Shown in pieces: positions 26,440-38,416 of a DNA stretch of 56,651 nt (its first letter is position 1; every line of letters begins with the position of its first letter). A program made the position numbers and the translations under genes. Under the pieces are notes generated by a model. The model had not been told where the DNA came from and made no database searches. It was given only the letters and a program-made list of their open reading frames with translations. Source of the stretch: Octopus bimaculoides (lineage: Eukaryota); the NCBI RefSeq assembly GCF_001194135.2, contig NC_068981.1:76824934-76881584 (forward strand), given 5' to 3'.

Positions 26440-26748
26440 AAAGGAATTATTTTAAAAGCCAAATAAAATTGAAGGCTAAATATAATTTCGAATTAGATTA
26501 AATCAAAATAAATTAATTATATATTCTCTTTTGCTGAACTGCTAGCTTACAAGACGTAAACACACCAACACCAGTTGTGAAGCGTGTTTTTTTTTCCCCA
26601 TACCGCTTCTCAACTGGTGTTCGTGTGTTTACGTCCTGTAAGCTGCCAGTTCGGCAAAAGAGAATATATAATTAATTTATTTTGATTTAATTTAATTCGA
26701 AATTATATTTGGCCTTCAATTCTATTTGGCTTTTAAAATAATTCCTTT
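26440..26748. repeat. 145-bp inverted repeat (fold-back) with a 19-nt spacer
   Basis: Arms 26440-26584 and 26604-26748 are reverse complements with 9 mismatches by manual count (about 94% identity). Confidence 0.93.
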
Positions 26749-26774
26749 ATTATGTGCAGGCGTCGCTATGTAGT

Positions 26775-26824
26775 GATTTGGTAGACGGAAACTGAAAGAA
26801 TCCCGTCGCACATGTATGTGTGTG

Positions 26825-26868
<44 letters not shown>

Positions 26869-27068
26869 NNNNNNNNNNNNNNNNNNNNNNNNNNNNNNNN
26901 NNNNNNNNNNNNNNNNNNNNNCCCCCACCCCCATCGCTTGACAACAGATGTCGGTGTATTTACGTCCTCGTAAACTAGCGGTTCAGCAAAAGACACCGAT
27001 AGAATAATACCAGGCGAAAAACCTTTTTAAGGCAGGCCACGGTCAGATGACTGAATCAAATAAAAGAA
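26775..27068 (+). mobile_element. SINE family 1, 5'-truncated, internal (TG)n interrupted by a gap
   Basis: gatttggtagacggaaactgaaagaatcccgtcg, (TG)n and gap, cgcttgacaacagatgtcggtgtatttacgtcc...gatagaata...atgactgaatcaaataaaagaata. Confidence 0.8.
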
Positions 27069-27148
27069 TATGTGTGTGTGTGTGTGTGTATGTGTGTGTG
27101 TGTGTGTATGTGTGTGTGTGTGTGTGTGTGTATGTGTGTGTGCATATA

Positions 27149-27275
27149 TACGACAAGTTTCTTTCAGTTTCCATCTGCCAAAGCCACTCACAAGGCTTTG
27201 TTCGTCTCAACACTATACTAGAAGATACTTGCCCAAGTTGTCACGTTGTGGGACTGAACCCAGAACTATGCAGCT
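27149..27275 (-). mobile_element. SINE family 1, 5' part
   Basis: cgacaagtttctttcagtttccatctgccaaagccactcacaaggc...cttgcccaag...gggactgaacccagaac, the reverse complement of the family 1 head. Confidence 0.75.
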
Positions 27276-28844
27276 TATATGCATACACAGAGAGAGAGGG
27301 TGGGGAATGAGATTGAGAAGGAGAGAGAAGCACAAATAAACTAACAAACACACGTGCACGACACGTGAAGGAGTGTATTTCTGTATCTATTATTTTCCTA
27401 TGTTGATTGACTCTCGTCTCTTCACTCTTTTATTCCTTGTGCTGACGTCAAAATTTCTCCTGCTGAACGATTCTTCACTCAACACCTGCTACATCTCCTC
27501 CTTTCCTTAACTAGCATTTCATCTTTCTCGTCTCTCTCTTTGCCTCTCTCGCTCTCTGCCTCCTTCTGCCCCCGACCATCTCTCTTTCTCTCTCTCTCTC
27601 TCTGTCTTCTTCCCTCTCTTAAACACACACATACACACATACACACACGCAAATCCTTATTTATCCTTCAGCATTGATTTATATTCCTTTTTACACTCCG
27701 ACGAAGAATTAAGTTGAGCGCTTCATACTTCTCTACTTTCAACAAAAAAGTTTAGCCCAATGTTTGAACTATTTCTGTTGCTATTTGTTGACACATAACA
27801 TCACTACTTTCCTCGCGCTCCACTGTTTTACCGCTGTCGCGAAACATTCACGCCTCGCTAACATTAATATGTGCAATAACAACAGCCATGTAAATTTTTA
27901 AGAGCTGCAATTAATAGCTGCCATTATAATTTTAATTTTCATTGAGAATAATTATAATTAATAAATTACTTTGTTTCTTTTAATACATCTTCATTATTTT
28001 GAATATACATAATTCCTTACAGGCAATTCTGGCTAATATAGTTAGTCGCCAAATAATATTGCTTTTGTACTTCATTTAGAGAGTTTCTCAAACGCGGCTC
28101 CGTTGTTTACTTCCAAATACTCAATATTACATTTGCAGCAACTGAATTCATTTAATTTCACTCTGTTTAAAAACAAAGTCGTTTACATTTATAATTGTTT
28201 ATTTTTCTCTACTTTGTCCTTAATAAAATAAAAGATTCTTTAGGTCTAGACACTGTCTAGAAATGAAAACAAATATTCTGTTTTACACATTCACAAAAGA
28301 AAACAATGTTTTTGTTTTATTTTATTTTTGTTGTTCTTAAAATATTATTTAATTAAATGAAATAAAAGAAGAGCAAAATTAATGAATGTATTGATAGTCA
28401 TTGTTCTAAATTCTAACGAGCATGTTGTAGCAATCCAAAAATGAAATGTGGTTTCATTTAGACTACTAATGCTTAAAACCCATGGGAATGGCATAAACAT
28501 CACAGCCATCCAATACTATCCCCTATCTAATAGTGGCGTTTAGTTTAATCGAAAAGAAAACCAAGATGTGACCTAAATCACAATGAGTGTTTCAAAAGAA
28601 GAAACTTACTGGTATGTTGTTGTCAGAAGAAAAAATGTTGTTGTTGTTGTTTTTGCTAGGACATAGCTAATCGAGAAGATCTATACTCAGTGGCATCCCA
28701 CCTGTGATCTTGTTTCTACTTTCGGACTTACTTATACATGATGCCCTTCCTTTATACGACTAGCGTATTATGTGAAGAGAATTTAGATGCAGTGGCGTTT
28801 CCTTCTTGTCACACACACACACACACACACATACACACACACAC

Positions 28845-28893
<49 letters not shown>

Positions 28894-28912
28894 NNNNNNN
28901 NNNACACACACA

Positions 28913-28949
<37 letters not shown>

Positions 28950-29720
28950 ATGTCTGTGAATGCAATTAGAAATTAGATGTACAAATCTTTCATTTTCACG
29001 AGAGACAGTTGGAAAGCTTTATACATGATATATATATATATTACCTTTCATCAATTTATGGTTCTCATTTTTAGCATTGCATATACTGGCTTAAATATCA
29101 GAAGACGATAATGCTTGGATGTTATATCTAAAATCCGTTGGCTACTTTGTGTTACTTCTATGAATGTAAGTGATATTAATTTTCTCTTCAGCAATCTAGT
29201 GTATAAAAAATACAAGTTAATGCAATATTTTTTCATATTTTTATTGTAAATTATTCATAACTGCTATTTCATTCTACAGAATATTTCTTTTACATTAGTG
29301 ATGACAGGAAATGAAAATATTCAACATTTACTGTTTAGACTTGTATTCTAGCGACTAACTACGTGTTGCAATAGCAATAGATTGATCACGTTAAATTGCA
29401 ATTAGATGTTTTAAGAGAGTTTCAGCTATAATTAATTCAGTTTGTCTACAGAAGCTATGTCTGTGACTGTTGCAGCAATGAATACTTCCTGATTTAATTA
29501 TTCGTATTTGTAAGATTATCTTAGCTGTTCCTTCATTTGTGGAAATTACTAAAAGAAAAAGAGTAAAATTAATCGTTATTACTTGATTGCAACATATTAT
29601 GAGGTGCATCCTAATTGGCAAATACTATAATGATATGTTGCTATGATGCACTGGTAAGTTGTTGATGAACTTCGACATACACTCCGTTTATATTTCTGTA
29701 TTGAACTATTTAAATTAATA

Positions 29721-29875
29721 TTGATTTCAAATTTTGGCAAATGGCCAGCAATTTCGGGAGCGGTGTTAAGTCGATTACATCGACACTAGTAATCAACTGG
29801 TACTTCCGTAACGACGGGCGATATGATGTTAAACATTTTGCCCGGCGTGCTAACGATTCTGCCCGCTCACTGCCT
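29721..29875 (-). mobile_element. SINE family 2 copy with an internal deletion
   Basis: tttcaaattttggc...gtcgattacatcgac...caactggtactt, then cattttgcccggcgtgctaacgattctgcc. Flanked by tatttaaattaata and tatttaaactaata. Confidence 0.8.
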
Positions 29876-29898
29876 TTATTTAAACTAATACAAATTTC

Positions 29899-30467
29899 GG
29901 ATCTTTTTTAAAACGGGGGCCACATTTTTCATTAACGAAACACTTTGAAACTTGGAACACTGGTAGAATGTGTCATATAAAACATTTTTTTCTCTTAGTT
30001 TTCTTTAAAAAAAAAGAAATCCCTAAGTTATTCCATGTTAAAGTTGTCGTATTTCTGTAATTTCAACCAATCACTGACGTCCATTCAGCCGATATACATT
30101 AAGTGCCGACTACATAAACAAACGATTCTGAAACAATTCTATCGGTGATAGGGTTAGGGTTAGGGTTAGGGTTAGGGTAAAACAGCAAATTTAAAAAGAA
30201 AAAAGAAAAACGAAGCTATGGAAATTAAATACGCTTTACACCGCTTAATCAGCCAAAGGAGTAAATATAAACAACTGAATACTTGTCAGTGATTGGTTGA
30301 AATTATCGAAATAAGACAATTTTTTACATGAAATAAATTCGAAAAAAAATATTTTTCTGTTCTATAACACAAAATAGATAAGTATACGAAGTTTGAAAGT
30401 CTTTCGGTACCAAAAACACTACGTAAAACATTAATGAAAAAGGTGGCCCCCGTTTTAAAAAAGATCC
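29899..30467. mobile_element. Second fold-back MITE of the same family, with central (TAGGGT)5
   Basis: Termini ggatcttttttaaaacgggggccac ... gtggcccccgttttaaaaaagatcc. Arms are homologous to the 24661 element. Telomeric run at 30149-30178. Apparent 8-bp direct repeat caaatttc at 29891-29898 and 30468-30475. Confidence 0.85.
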
Positions 30468-30655
30468 CAAATTTCAACACAAGGTCAGCAATTTTGAGGA
30501 AAGGGAGAACTCGATTACATATCTCCCAGTAATCAACTGGTACTCATTTCATCGACCCCGAAGGGATGAAAAGTAAAGTCGACCTCGGGCGGAATTTGAA
30601 CTTAGGACGTAAAGACGGATGAAATGCGTGCTAGCGATTCTACCAGCTCGTTGCT
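30468..30655 (-). mobile_element. SINE family 2 copy
   Basis: caaatttcaacacaagg...atcgaccccgaagggatgaaaagtaaagtcgacctcgggcggaatttgaac...gctagcgattctaccagctcg. Confidence 0.8.
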
Positions 30656-31229
30656 TTTATTTAAATTAATACAAATAACATACTCAGGTTCAGTGTGAAC
30701 ATCAAAACTTCACAATGTCACCAGTTTCAACAAAACATCAATTCTTTTTGTCAATGCGTGTAATCATATTCATGTTCTAATTGCATTTATTCATCATACG
30801 TCCGAAGATACATTGCATCATGATTTGATTTTCATGATTCTGGATCTGTATTACAATCAGATTTTGGTCCATCAGCATAATGCATATTTTTAATTTATCT
30901 ACGGCATACTCTTCTTCTCAGTATACATATACATGTAAAAAGCGCGCACGTATGGACGCACACAGACACACTTAAACAAAGACACACACACAAATGTATA
31001 CATTATGTGCTTACATGTGAGTATAATGAGGTAGTTTATCAATGGATGTAATTATATTCATTTTGTAATTGCATTCATTCATCAGCCACCAACAAATATA
31101 ATAAGATTTAATTTTCGTCGTAATTCGGGATCTGTATTACAATCGCTTCTTCCTCCACCAGCATAATACCTAAAGCAGTGTGCATGAGGTAACGTAAAGT
31201 GGTAACATGACTACAAACTCTCTCTCTCT

Positions 31230-31282
<53 letters not shown>

Positions 31283-31389
31283 GCTCTCTCTCTCTCTCGC
31301 ACGCACACACACACACACACACACATATATATGCACATACATACATTATACATACATATCTAATTTACATATTTAGATGAAATGAACAT

Positions 31390-32230
31390 TGGAGATGCTT
31401 TGATGCATGCAGAAAATGCAGGAGCCGCTAACAGATGTTGCAAGCCTTTCTCCTAATAGCAAAAAGGCTGTCACAATGATGGAAACATTTTTGCGTGTTC
31501 AACCGATGTCTAAAAGTCATAAGCATTTCATTACTTAAGCTGTACGCTTCTGAATTATCCTTCACCCGCAGAATGTCTTTATCCGTGATCATTTGTCAGT
31601 TACAATCCCCTCCAAATGTTCGCAGATGCCACAGTTATCTTCATGGCGGATTTCTGCCTTATAACTGATCTATCCGCCTTATAACTGATCGGAGCAATGT
31701 TACTACAATTTTTCGGGAAAATGTGCCTCCTCGTCCGATCCACTTACGTCTCTCTGTCTGAGGATTAATGAAAACTAGGAACTGGATCTTTCTGCTAGAT
31801 TTACATTAGGGTACCTATCAACTTCTCTTGAAAGTCATATTAGGAATTTGATAATTTTGGTTTGTGGAGTCTATTGCTTGGTGGCTTTAATTTTTTATCG
31901 GTCCATAACTGGAACAATTTCCGTAAGGGTTTTTCGTGCTTCCACTTGTACAAGCTTTCTTCTAGTGTCTTAGGGCAACGTGCTAAAATGTAGCTGAATG
32001 TGCAAACTCTACACTCTTTCAAAGAGGGGCTGTCATCTTTACCCCAGATTTTAAGGTTATATGAAGTTGACAAGTGGCCAACGATAACACACAGGACGAA
32101 GGATTATATTCCCTTTTGGACAATGGTCACTCAAATGCCTGAACATACAATATCCATTGCTACTGACAAGCAAGCTCTAGTCCTTTTCCCTCAACTCCGC
32201 GATGTATTCCTATAAGCGCGGAACCGACGT
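31390..32230 (-). mobile_element. HERO/R2-superfamily-like non-LTR retrotransposon C-terminal remnant (CCHC and RLE region)
   Basis: STSYNLKIWGKDDSPSLKECRVCTFSYILARCPKTLEESLYKWKHE resembles P.P.NL..WG...P.C.LC...TL.HIL..C..AL.QGRY.WRHD. Downstream FP.KIVVTLLR resembles FP..I..T.LRPD. Confidence 0.55.
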
Positions 32231-32349
32231 ACGGCGAGTCATGGGCCTTATTGTAAACTTGCAGAGCCCATTCTTTTCTAGATTTAAAACCGCAGAAAGC
32301 GAAACAAACAGACACATAAAATAATAAGAGAAAGTAAAACTGCATGTCT

Positions 32350-32485
32350 TGTACTAATTTATAAACCTCGAAAGGATGAAAGGCAAAGTTAACGCAAGAA
32401 TGGAGCTGATAACAGAGAGTGAGAGATTCGAAACTATTTGTGCTAATTAAAGTGTTCGACACTCTAACGACTCTGCCAATTGCTC
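32350..32485 (-). mobile_element. SINE family 2, old partial copy
   Basis: gtactaatttataaacctcgaaaggatgaaaggcaaagtt ... ctaacgactctgcca. Confidence 0.6.
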
Positions 32486-32594
32486 TCTTGAATCCTAGCT
32501 GTACCTATGGTGATCACGAGATCTGAAGAGTTAGCTTTATCTGCATCACTTCATGCATACCCAATTGAATTGTATAATGTTTGGCATACATACT

Positions 32595-32800
32595 GGTTTC
32601 AAATTTTGGCAAAAGGTCAGCAATTTCTTGGGAGAAGATATGACGATTACAATGACCTCAGTGCTAAAACGCTACTTATTTTATCGTCTCGAAAACTTGA
32701 AAAACAAAGTCGATATCGGCGGGATTTGAACCTAGAACATAAAGACAGACAAAATACCGCCAAGTATTTTGCCCGTGCGGTAACGATTCTGCCAGCCCGC
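32595..32800 (-). mobile_element. SINE family 2 copy
   Basis: ggtttcaaattttggcaaaagg...aaagtcgatatcggcgggatttgaacc...taacgattctgccagccc. Confidence 0.75.
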
Positions 32801-33141
32801 AGTTTTGCTTAGCAAATAAATTGCGGTAAACATTTACGTATAACTTTGCATACTGAAATTAATAACACTAATGATGAGAGTTTCAACACAGCCGTCATAA
32901 GATGGACATCATATGGAATAAATATATTTATAATCACATCTTACATTTCATCCTAACTTTATGATGTATTGACTACATGCGGAAAAAATTTATTGTTCGA
33001 GTTTCTGGATTTTCAGTTACGTCGATATAATACAATATTATACACTGATTCATTACTCCGTAAACTGAAAGCCAGTTCCAAATAAGGCGCTTGCTTTGCT
33101 ATGAACTTCACTGGATTCTCTCAATTCAATTTTTCTAGTGA

Positions 33142-33179
<38 letters not shown>

Positions 33180-33445
33180 NNNNNNNNNNNNNNNNNNNNN
33201 NNNNNNNNNNNNNNNNNNNNNNNNNNNNNNNNNNNNNNNNNNNNNNNNNNNNNNNNNNNNNNNNNNNNNNNNNNNNNNNNNNNNNNNNNNNNNNNNNNNN
33301 NNNNNNNNNNNNNNNNNNNNNNNNNNNNNNNNNNNNNNNNNNNNNNNNNNNNNNNNNNNNNNNNNNNNNNNNNNNNNNNNNNNNNNNNNNNNNNNNNNNN
33401 NNNNNNNNNNNNNNNNNNNNNNNNNNNNNNNNNNNNNNNNNNNNN

Positions 33446-33487
<42 letters not shown>

Positions 33488-34653
33488 TATTTAGATATGC
33501 CATAGCTATCTACATACAAATCCAAACAACTGTAAAATTCACACGACTATAAGTTTTATCTTTAGATCTTTAGAGAAGTTAACCGCTTCAATATTAACAC
33601 TTACGTTATGTTTCGATCTGTTTGATCTCCGATTCTCATAAAAGCGTCCTATTCTTTGACATGGATATAATAATGAGCTAGATTCCAAATCAGAACTTTA
33701 ATTTCTAAACTATGTGTAATAATTCTCTTTTCTCTGACCTATGACGCAGTCACTTCTTTTTTTTTTTATCAATTTTAAAATATTCAGAATCATTACATAC
33801 TTTGCTTGCAGTAAGGTCACTGCCGAGAACGGTTCAGTAAGACTGTGTTTGTTGAAAAGAAAGTAAACAAATCATGTAAGGAGCATTTTAATGTTTAAAC
33901 ATCAGTGGCTTAATGGCTAGAAGGTGATTTCATTCATTTTGGCTCGCTATATATACTACTGGAAGTGATTGAAACATATTGTACATGCAAATATTACTGC
34001 ATTTACTTGTAAAGATAATTGTATTAATAACAGCATATCTTAGATATTTAAAGCGTTAAGGTAATGTTACGGCATTTAACGATAGAAGCTAACTGGCAAT
34101 AATTATGCAGTGGGGAAAGCAATATTATTCAATAGCAACAATAACTTCAACATCCACTAATTTGCTAATGTTCTAGGTCAAGATGAACAATTTGACATCA
34201 GACTGCTCAATGAAAAGGTGAAAGAATGAGTGGGATATGTTTAAAAAGACAGTGCTTCCTTGCAAGAAGTATTTACATTGGAGAAGGCAGGGAAAGTTGA
34301 CACACGTTTGTTCGTGAAACTATTAAAGAGGAGTCCACACGTTTGTGGTGGAGTATCCAGAGGAGGCATTCTGTTTTGTTGCTGGTCTTATGCATCATCG
34401 ACCAGTGTAGGATATACATAAAGCATGTGTCATACGTCTAATACCGAAAGAAGGTGAGAAAACAAGGAGACCTTGTGCACTAACATATTGCCTATAGATT
34501 AGCACAATAATAGATGGATCTCAGAAAGATTACAATAATGGCCAGTGATACTGGCACCTATTTCTACCATAGAATTATCACTCTACGGACATGCGAGCAC
34601 GAAAATAACAAACAACAACAAATTGTGATTTGGTGGGAGATTATTATGAGCCT

Positions 34654-34985
34654 GTAGGTTCATGGCTCAGTGGTTAGAGCGTCAGGCTCACAATCATGAT
34701 GTAATGAGTTCGATTCCCGGACCGGCCTGTGTATTGTGTTCTTCAGCAAGGCACTATATTTCACGTTGCACCACTTCACTCAGCTGTAGAAATGAGCTGT
34801 GACATCACTGGTACAAAGCTGTATCGGCCTTTGCCTTTCCCTTGGATAAGATCGATGGCGTGGAGAGGGAGACTGGTATGCATGGACGATTTCTGGTTTT
34901 CCATAAACAACCTTGCCCGGACTTGTGCCTAGGAGGAGAACTTTCTAGGTGCAATCCAATGGTCATTCATGACAGAAGGGGGACG
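34654..34985 (+). mobile_element. tRNA-derived SINE family 3 (CORE-like domain)
   Basis: Head tggctcagtggttagagcg...gagttcgattcccgg (good A and B boxes, ctcacaa anticodon-like loop), followed by ttgtgttcttcagcaaggcactatatttcacgttgc...cagctgtagaaatgag, which resembles the CORE domain. Confidence 0.75.
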
Positions 34986-36879
34986 TTACCCAAGGTCATA
35001 ATGATCCCAAACACTACAAGACATCTCCCTAGTTATTCCCCATCAGCTACACACGTGATACAAAATGATGCATACAGTCATTCTTCCAAGAAAAGATTAA
35101 GGCACTTTTGTTTGTGCATAATGCAAAAAATCAAATGAATTATTGCATTAATTTTATCATCCTTACGTTTTTGTATATATGTTCAGCTAGCTGTGGACAA
35201 TGTAATACAATATATGCTACACTGACATCTTTTTCCTTGCTCATCCCATTCGTCATTAAATCTGATTTTTCTTTAGAGCCCGTTTTGGGAAAGATAAACT
35301 TAATCCCTCACTCATTTTCAATATTCCTTCAACAAAGCCAGCTGCCCTTGTCATCCCCTATCTATTTTCCTATGCTTTTGTGTGCGCGCGCGCGTTTGTA
35401 GTTTTGTCTCCCTTTCTTGTCTACTACCTCTGTACATCCCCTTCTCTAACCAATTTGCTAAATAGAAATTCTCTCTCTTTCAAGTAGTATCCGAGATTGT
35501 TTTTTTTTTTCCTAATTTGACACACCTCAATCCCCTCTGTTCTTCTGTTCTTTTCTTAATGCTAACCCCAACCACATGGGAATGGTATGATATTCGATAT
35601 TTAAAAAAATGTGTTATGATGGAGATAGTGCGTGACACAACAATCATATAGATATGTGCTGAAATTTATCTCCGGAATGGTGAGAATGTCAAATCTATAG
35701 ATGCAGAAGAAGTGTATACATATCTCAATATAATTTTCTTTTATTATTTATAAAAATAGTTCTTTCTCCTTTTAAATTATTTCAGTCGATGGGCTGTAGC
35801 TACCCTGAGGTAATGCTTTGAATGGTTAAGCAGTTCAAATCGAACCAACCATTTTAGTTTTCATTTAGTCTTATACTTATTCTGCCTGTAAATTATTTGC
35901 CGAACTGCCAAGTTGAAAGAACATAAACCAACACTAATTGTCAAACATTGAGTGAAAAACACAAAACAAAAAGCAAAACACTCAACCCCACCACACTCAC
36001 ACACGCGTATATGTGAGTGCATGAGTGCATGTGTGTGTGTGGTGTGTGTGTGTATGTGTGAGAGAAGGAGAGGGAGAGGGTGTGAGAGAGAAAGAGAGGG
36101 AGAGAGAGGAAGAGAGGAAAAGAGAGGAAGAGAGAAAGATAGAGGAAGAGAGGAAGAGAGAGAGAGAGAGGGAGAGAGTGTGAGAGAGAAAGAGAGGGAG
36201 AGAGAGGAAGAGAGAAAGAGAGAGGAAGAGAGAAAGATAGAAGAAGAGAGGAGGAGAGAGGAAGAGAGAGAGTGAGTAAACAGCTTTCTGTAGTTTCTCC
36301 TTCTATCAAGTTCACTCACAATAATTAAATCGGCCCGAAACTGGACTGAACCAGAAGGCACATGATCATGAAGCAAGCTTCTTAACGAAACACCTATATA
36401 GGCAGAGGATCAAATTAAAAATTATGGAAATGAACACAGTTAGCAAACAAGAATATTTTCTTAGAAATGACAGGATTTCAAAATCGAAATTAAATATACA
36501 ATCAGTCAATTTGAAGGCACTATAATAAAAGTAAGAAGCTGAAATCGTTGAGTCGAAAAAAAGATGACCTGAAGGACATCGGCGCTTTCAGGCGGATGGA
36601 TGTAAACTGTTTATAATGAAAAGAAATGGAGGAGAAAGAGATTAATGATTCTTAATGAGGTTGTAGAACTATGGAAAACAATACTAGAGAATTTCAATGA
36701 GAAAGAAGTCCTTAACAGGTTGGTAAGAGACTTGTTATTTTGTAAGTTAATAATACCAAATTGTAACTTGACAATGATGATGATGATGAGGATGACGACG
36801 ACGACGACGACGACGACGTCAACGACGATGATGATAATGAGGATGATGATGAAAAAAAATGATATTGTTTAGTATTGGT

Positions 36880-37025
36880 GTAAAAGATGTGCTGCAGCAA
36901 AAATCCCACAGATTTGCTAGTCGGTTGTTTGACCTTAACCAGTTGAGCATGTCCTTTGGTGGCTGATGACATGTGCATCTCTGATCATGAGTAGAAGTAG
37001 TGGGAGAATATCATAGACATGTGTT
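36880..37025 (+). mobile_element. Probable SINE 3' fragment
   Basis: cttaaccagttgagcatgtcctttggtggctgatgacatgtgcatctctgatcatgagtagaagtagtggg resembles a cephalopod interspersed repeat as remembered; unverified. Confidence 0.35.
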
Positions 37026-37106
37026 GAGTTTCCAGTTCTTTATCATCTACGCGTACATCCCCAGATATGACAATATCTATGAACTTGGTTTCCTTTTATT
37101 ATTATT

Positions 37107-37433
37107 TTCAGTAGTTTTATTTTTATAACGTGCTTTCACTTCACCACCGAGCGCAGCTCTGTGTGCCTTGGGTATGTGCTGTGGTTTGCTGTGGTGCTCT
37201 TATGGTTACTGTATTGAAAGTGTTTTGCGTAGGATGTGTGCAGTGCCCAGTAGTGCAATTTTCTGTATGTTATATATATTTGTAAGTCCTGGTGTTTTTG
37301 TTATGCATTTGTCTGAATATTTTTATATTATACCTAAGGCAACTATTATGATAGGAATTGTTTCTGTTTTTAGATTCCACATTCGAGTTACCTCTATTTC
37401 CAGGTCTTTGTATTTTGAAAGTTTTTCCATTTC

Positions 37434-37434
<1 letters not shown>
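37107..37434 (-). mobile_element. R4/Dong-type non-LTR element, 5'-truncated 3' end, family A
   Basis: EMEKLSKYKDLEIEVTRMWNLKTETIPIIIVALGII*...IQKIALLGTAHILRKTLSIQ* (stop at 37206-37208), about 100-nt 3'UTR, TAA-type repeats on both sides. Confidence 0.88.
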
Positions 37435-37475
<41 letters not shown>

Positions 37476-37507
37476 CATTATTATTATTTGTAGTAGTAGT
37501 AGTAGTG

Positions 37508-37582
<75 letters not shown>

Positions 37583-37607
37583 TTGTTGTTGTTGTTGTTG
37601 TTGTTGT
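37435..37607. repeat. In-phase compound triplet tract (ATT)n-(AGT)n-(GTT)n
   Basis: Sits between two Dong-type inserts. Confidence 0.9.
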
Positions 37608-37930
37608 TTTGATTCTCGCTGTTCTATTGGCAGCTGTTCTTTACTTGAAATAGGGCAACAACGAATCGCCAAAGGTTTCAAGTAGTGCCTTCTCCTGTGG
37701 CTCAAATAGACAATACTCTCCTTAGAATGCGAGCGGTACCCAACAATGCTATCTTCTGGATCACTTCGAGCCTAACATCAGCTCCAATATTCTTAATATG
37801 TTTTCCAAAGCGCTTGGAAACTGCTCCAATTACCACTGGTATCACCATTACTTTCCTCATGCCCCATAAATTATCTATCTCGTCCCGCAGTGGTTGGTAT
37901 TTCTCACTCTTTTCTGTTTCCAGTTTCAAT
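37608..37930 (-). mobile_element. R4/Dong-type element 3' end, family B
   Basis: ORF 37702-37929 KSEKYQPLRDEIDNLWGMRKVMVIPVVIGAVSKRF...IQKIALLGTARILRRVLSI*. Its 3'UTR differs from family A. Triplet repeats on both sides. Confidence 0.88.
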
Positions 37931-37939
37931 CATCATCAC

Positions 37940-38020
<81 letters not shown>

Positions 38021-38061
38021 CATTATCATCATTATCATTATCATTATCATTATCTTTATTA

Positions 38062-38095
<34 letters not shown>

Positions 38096-38109
38096 CATCA
38101 TCTTTATTA

Positions 38110-38170
<61 letters not shown>

Positions 38171-38205
38171 CATCATTATCATTATCATTATCATTATCTT
38201 TATTA

Positions 38206-38247
<42 letters not shown>

Positions 38248-38279
38248 TTATTATTATTATTATCATTATCTTTATTATC

Positions 38280-38336
<57 letters not shown>

Positions 38337-38378
38337 ATTATTATTATTATCATTATTATCATTATCATTATCATTATC

Positions 38379-38415
<37 letters not shown>
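37931..38415. repeat. Long (ATT)/(ATTATC) tract with a higher-order duplication of about 144 bp
   Basis: The variant block tatctttattattgtt recurs at 38051 and 38195. Confidence 0.9.

Positions 38416-38416
<1 letters not shown>

Noticed and set aside
27443-27450. Perfect CRE palindrome TGACGTCA
   Set aside because: A single 8-mer without promoter context is expected by chance at appreciable frequency.
34380-34500. VIRLIPKEGEKTRRPCALTYCL, either an exon with a GTGAGA donor or an RT fragment
   Set aside because: Only weak similarity to the IPK...YRPISL motif with surrounding stops; neither reading is supportable.
34654-34735. Possible tRNA-Val gene (and other A/B-box heads)
   Set aside because: No complete cloverleaf or acceptor stem, and each head continues into a SINE body; treated as tRNA-derived SINEs.
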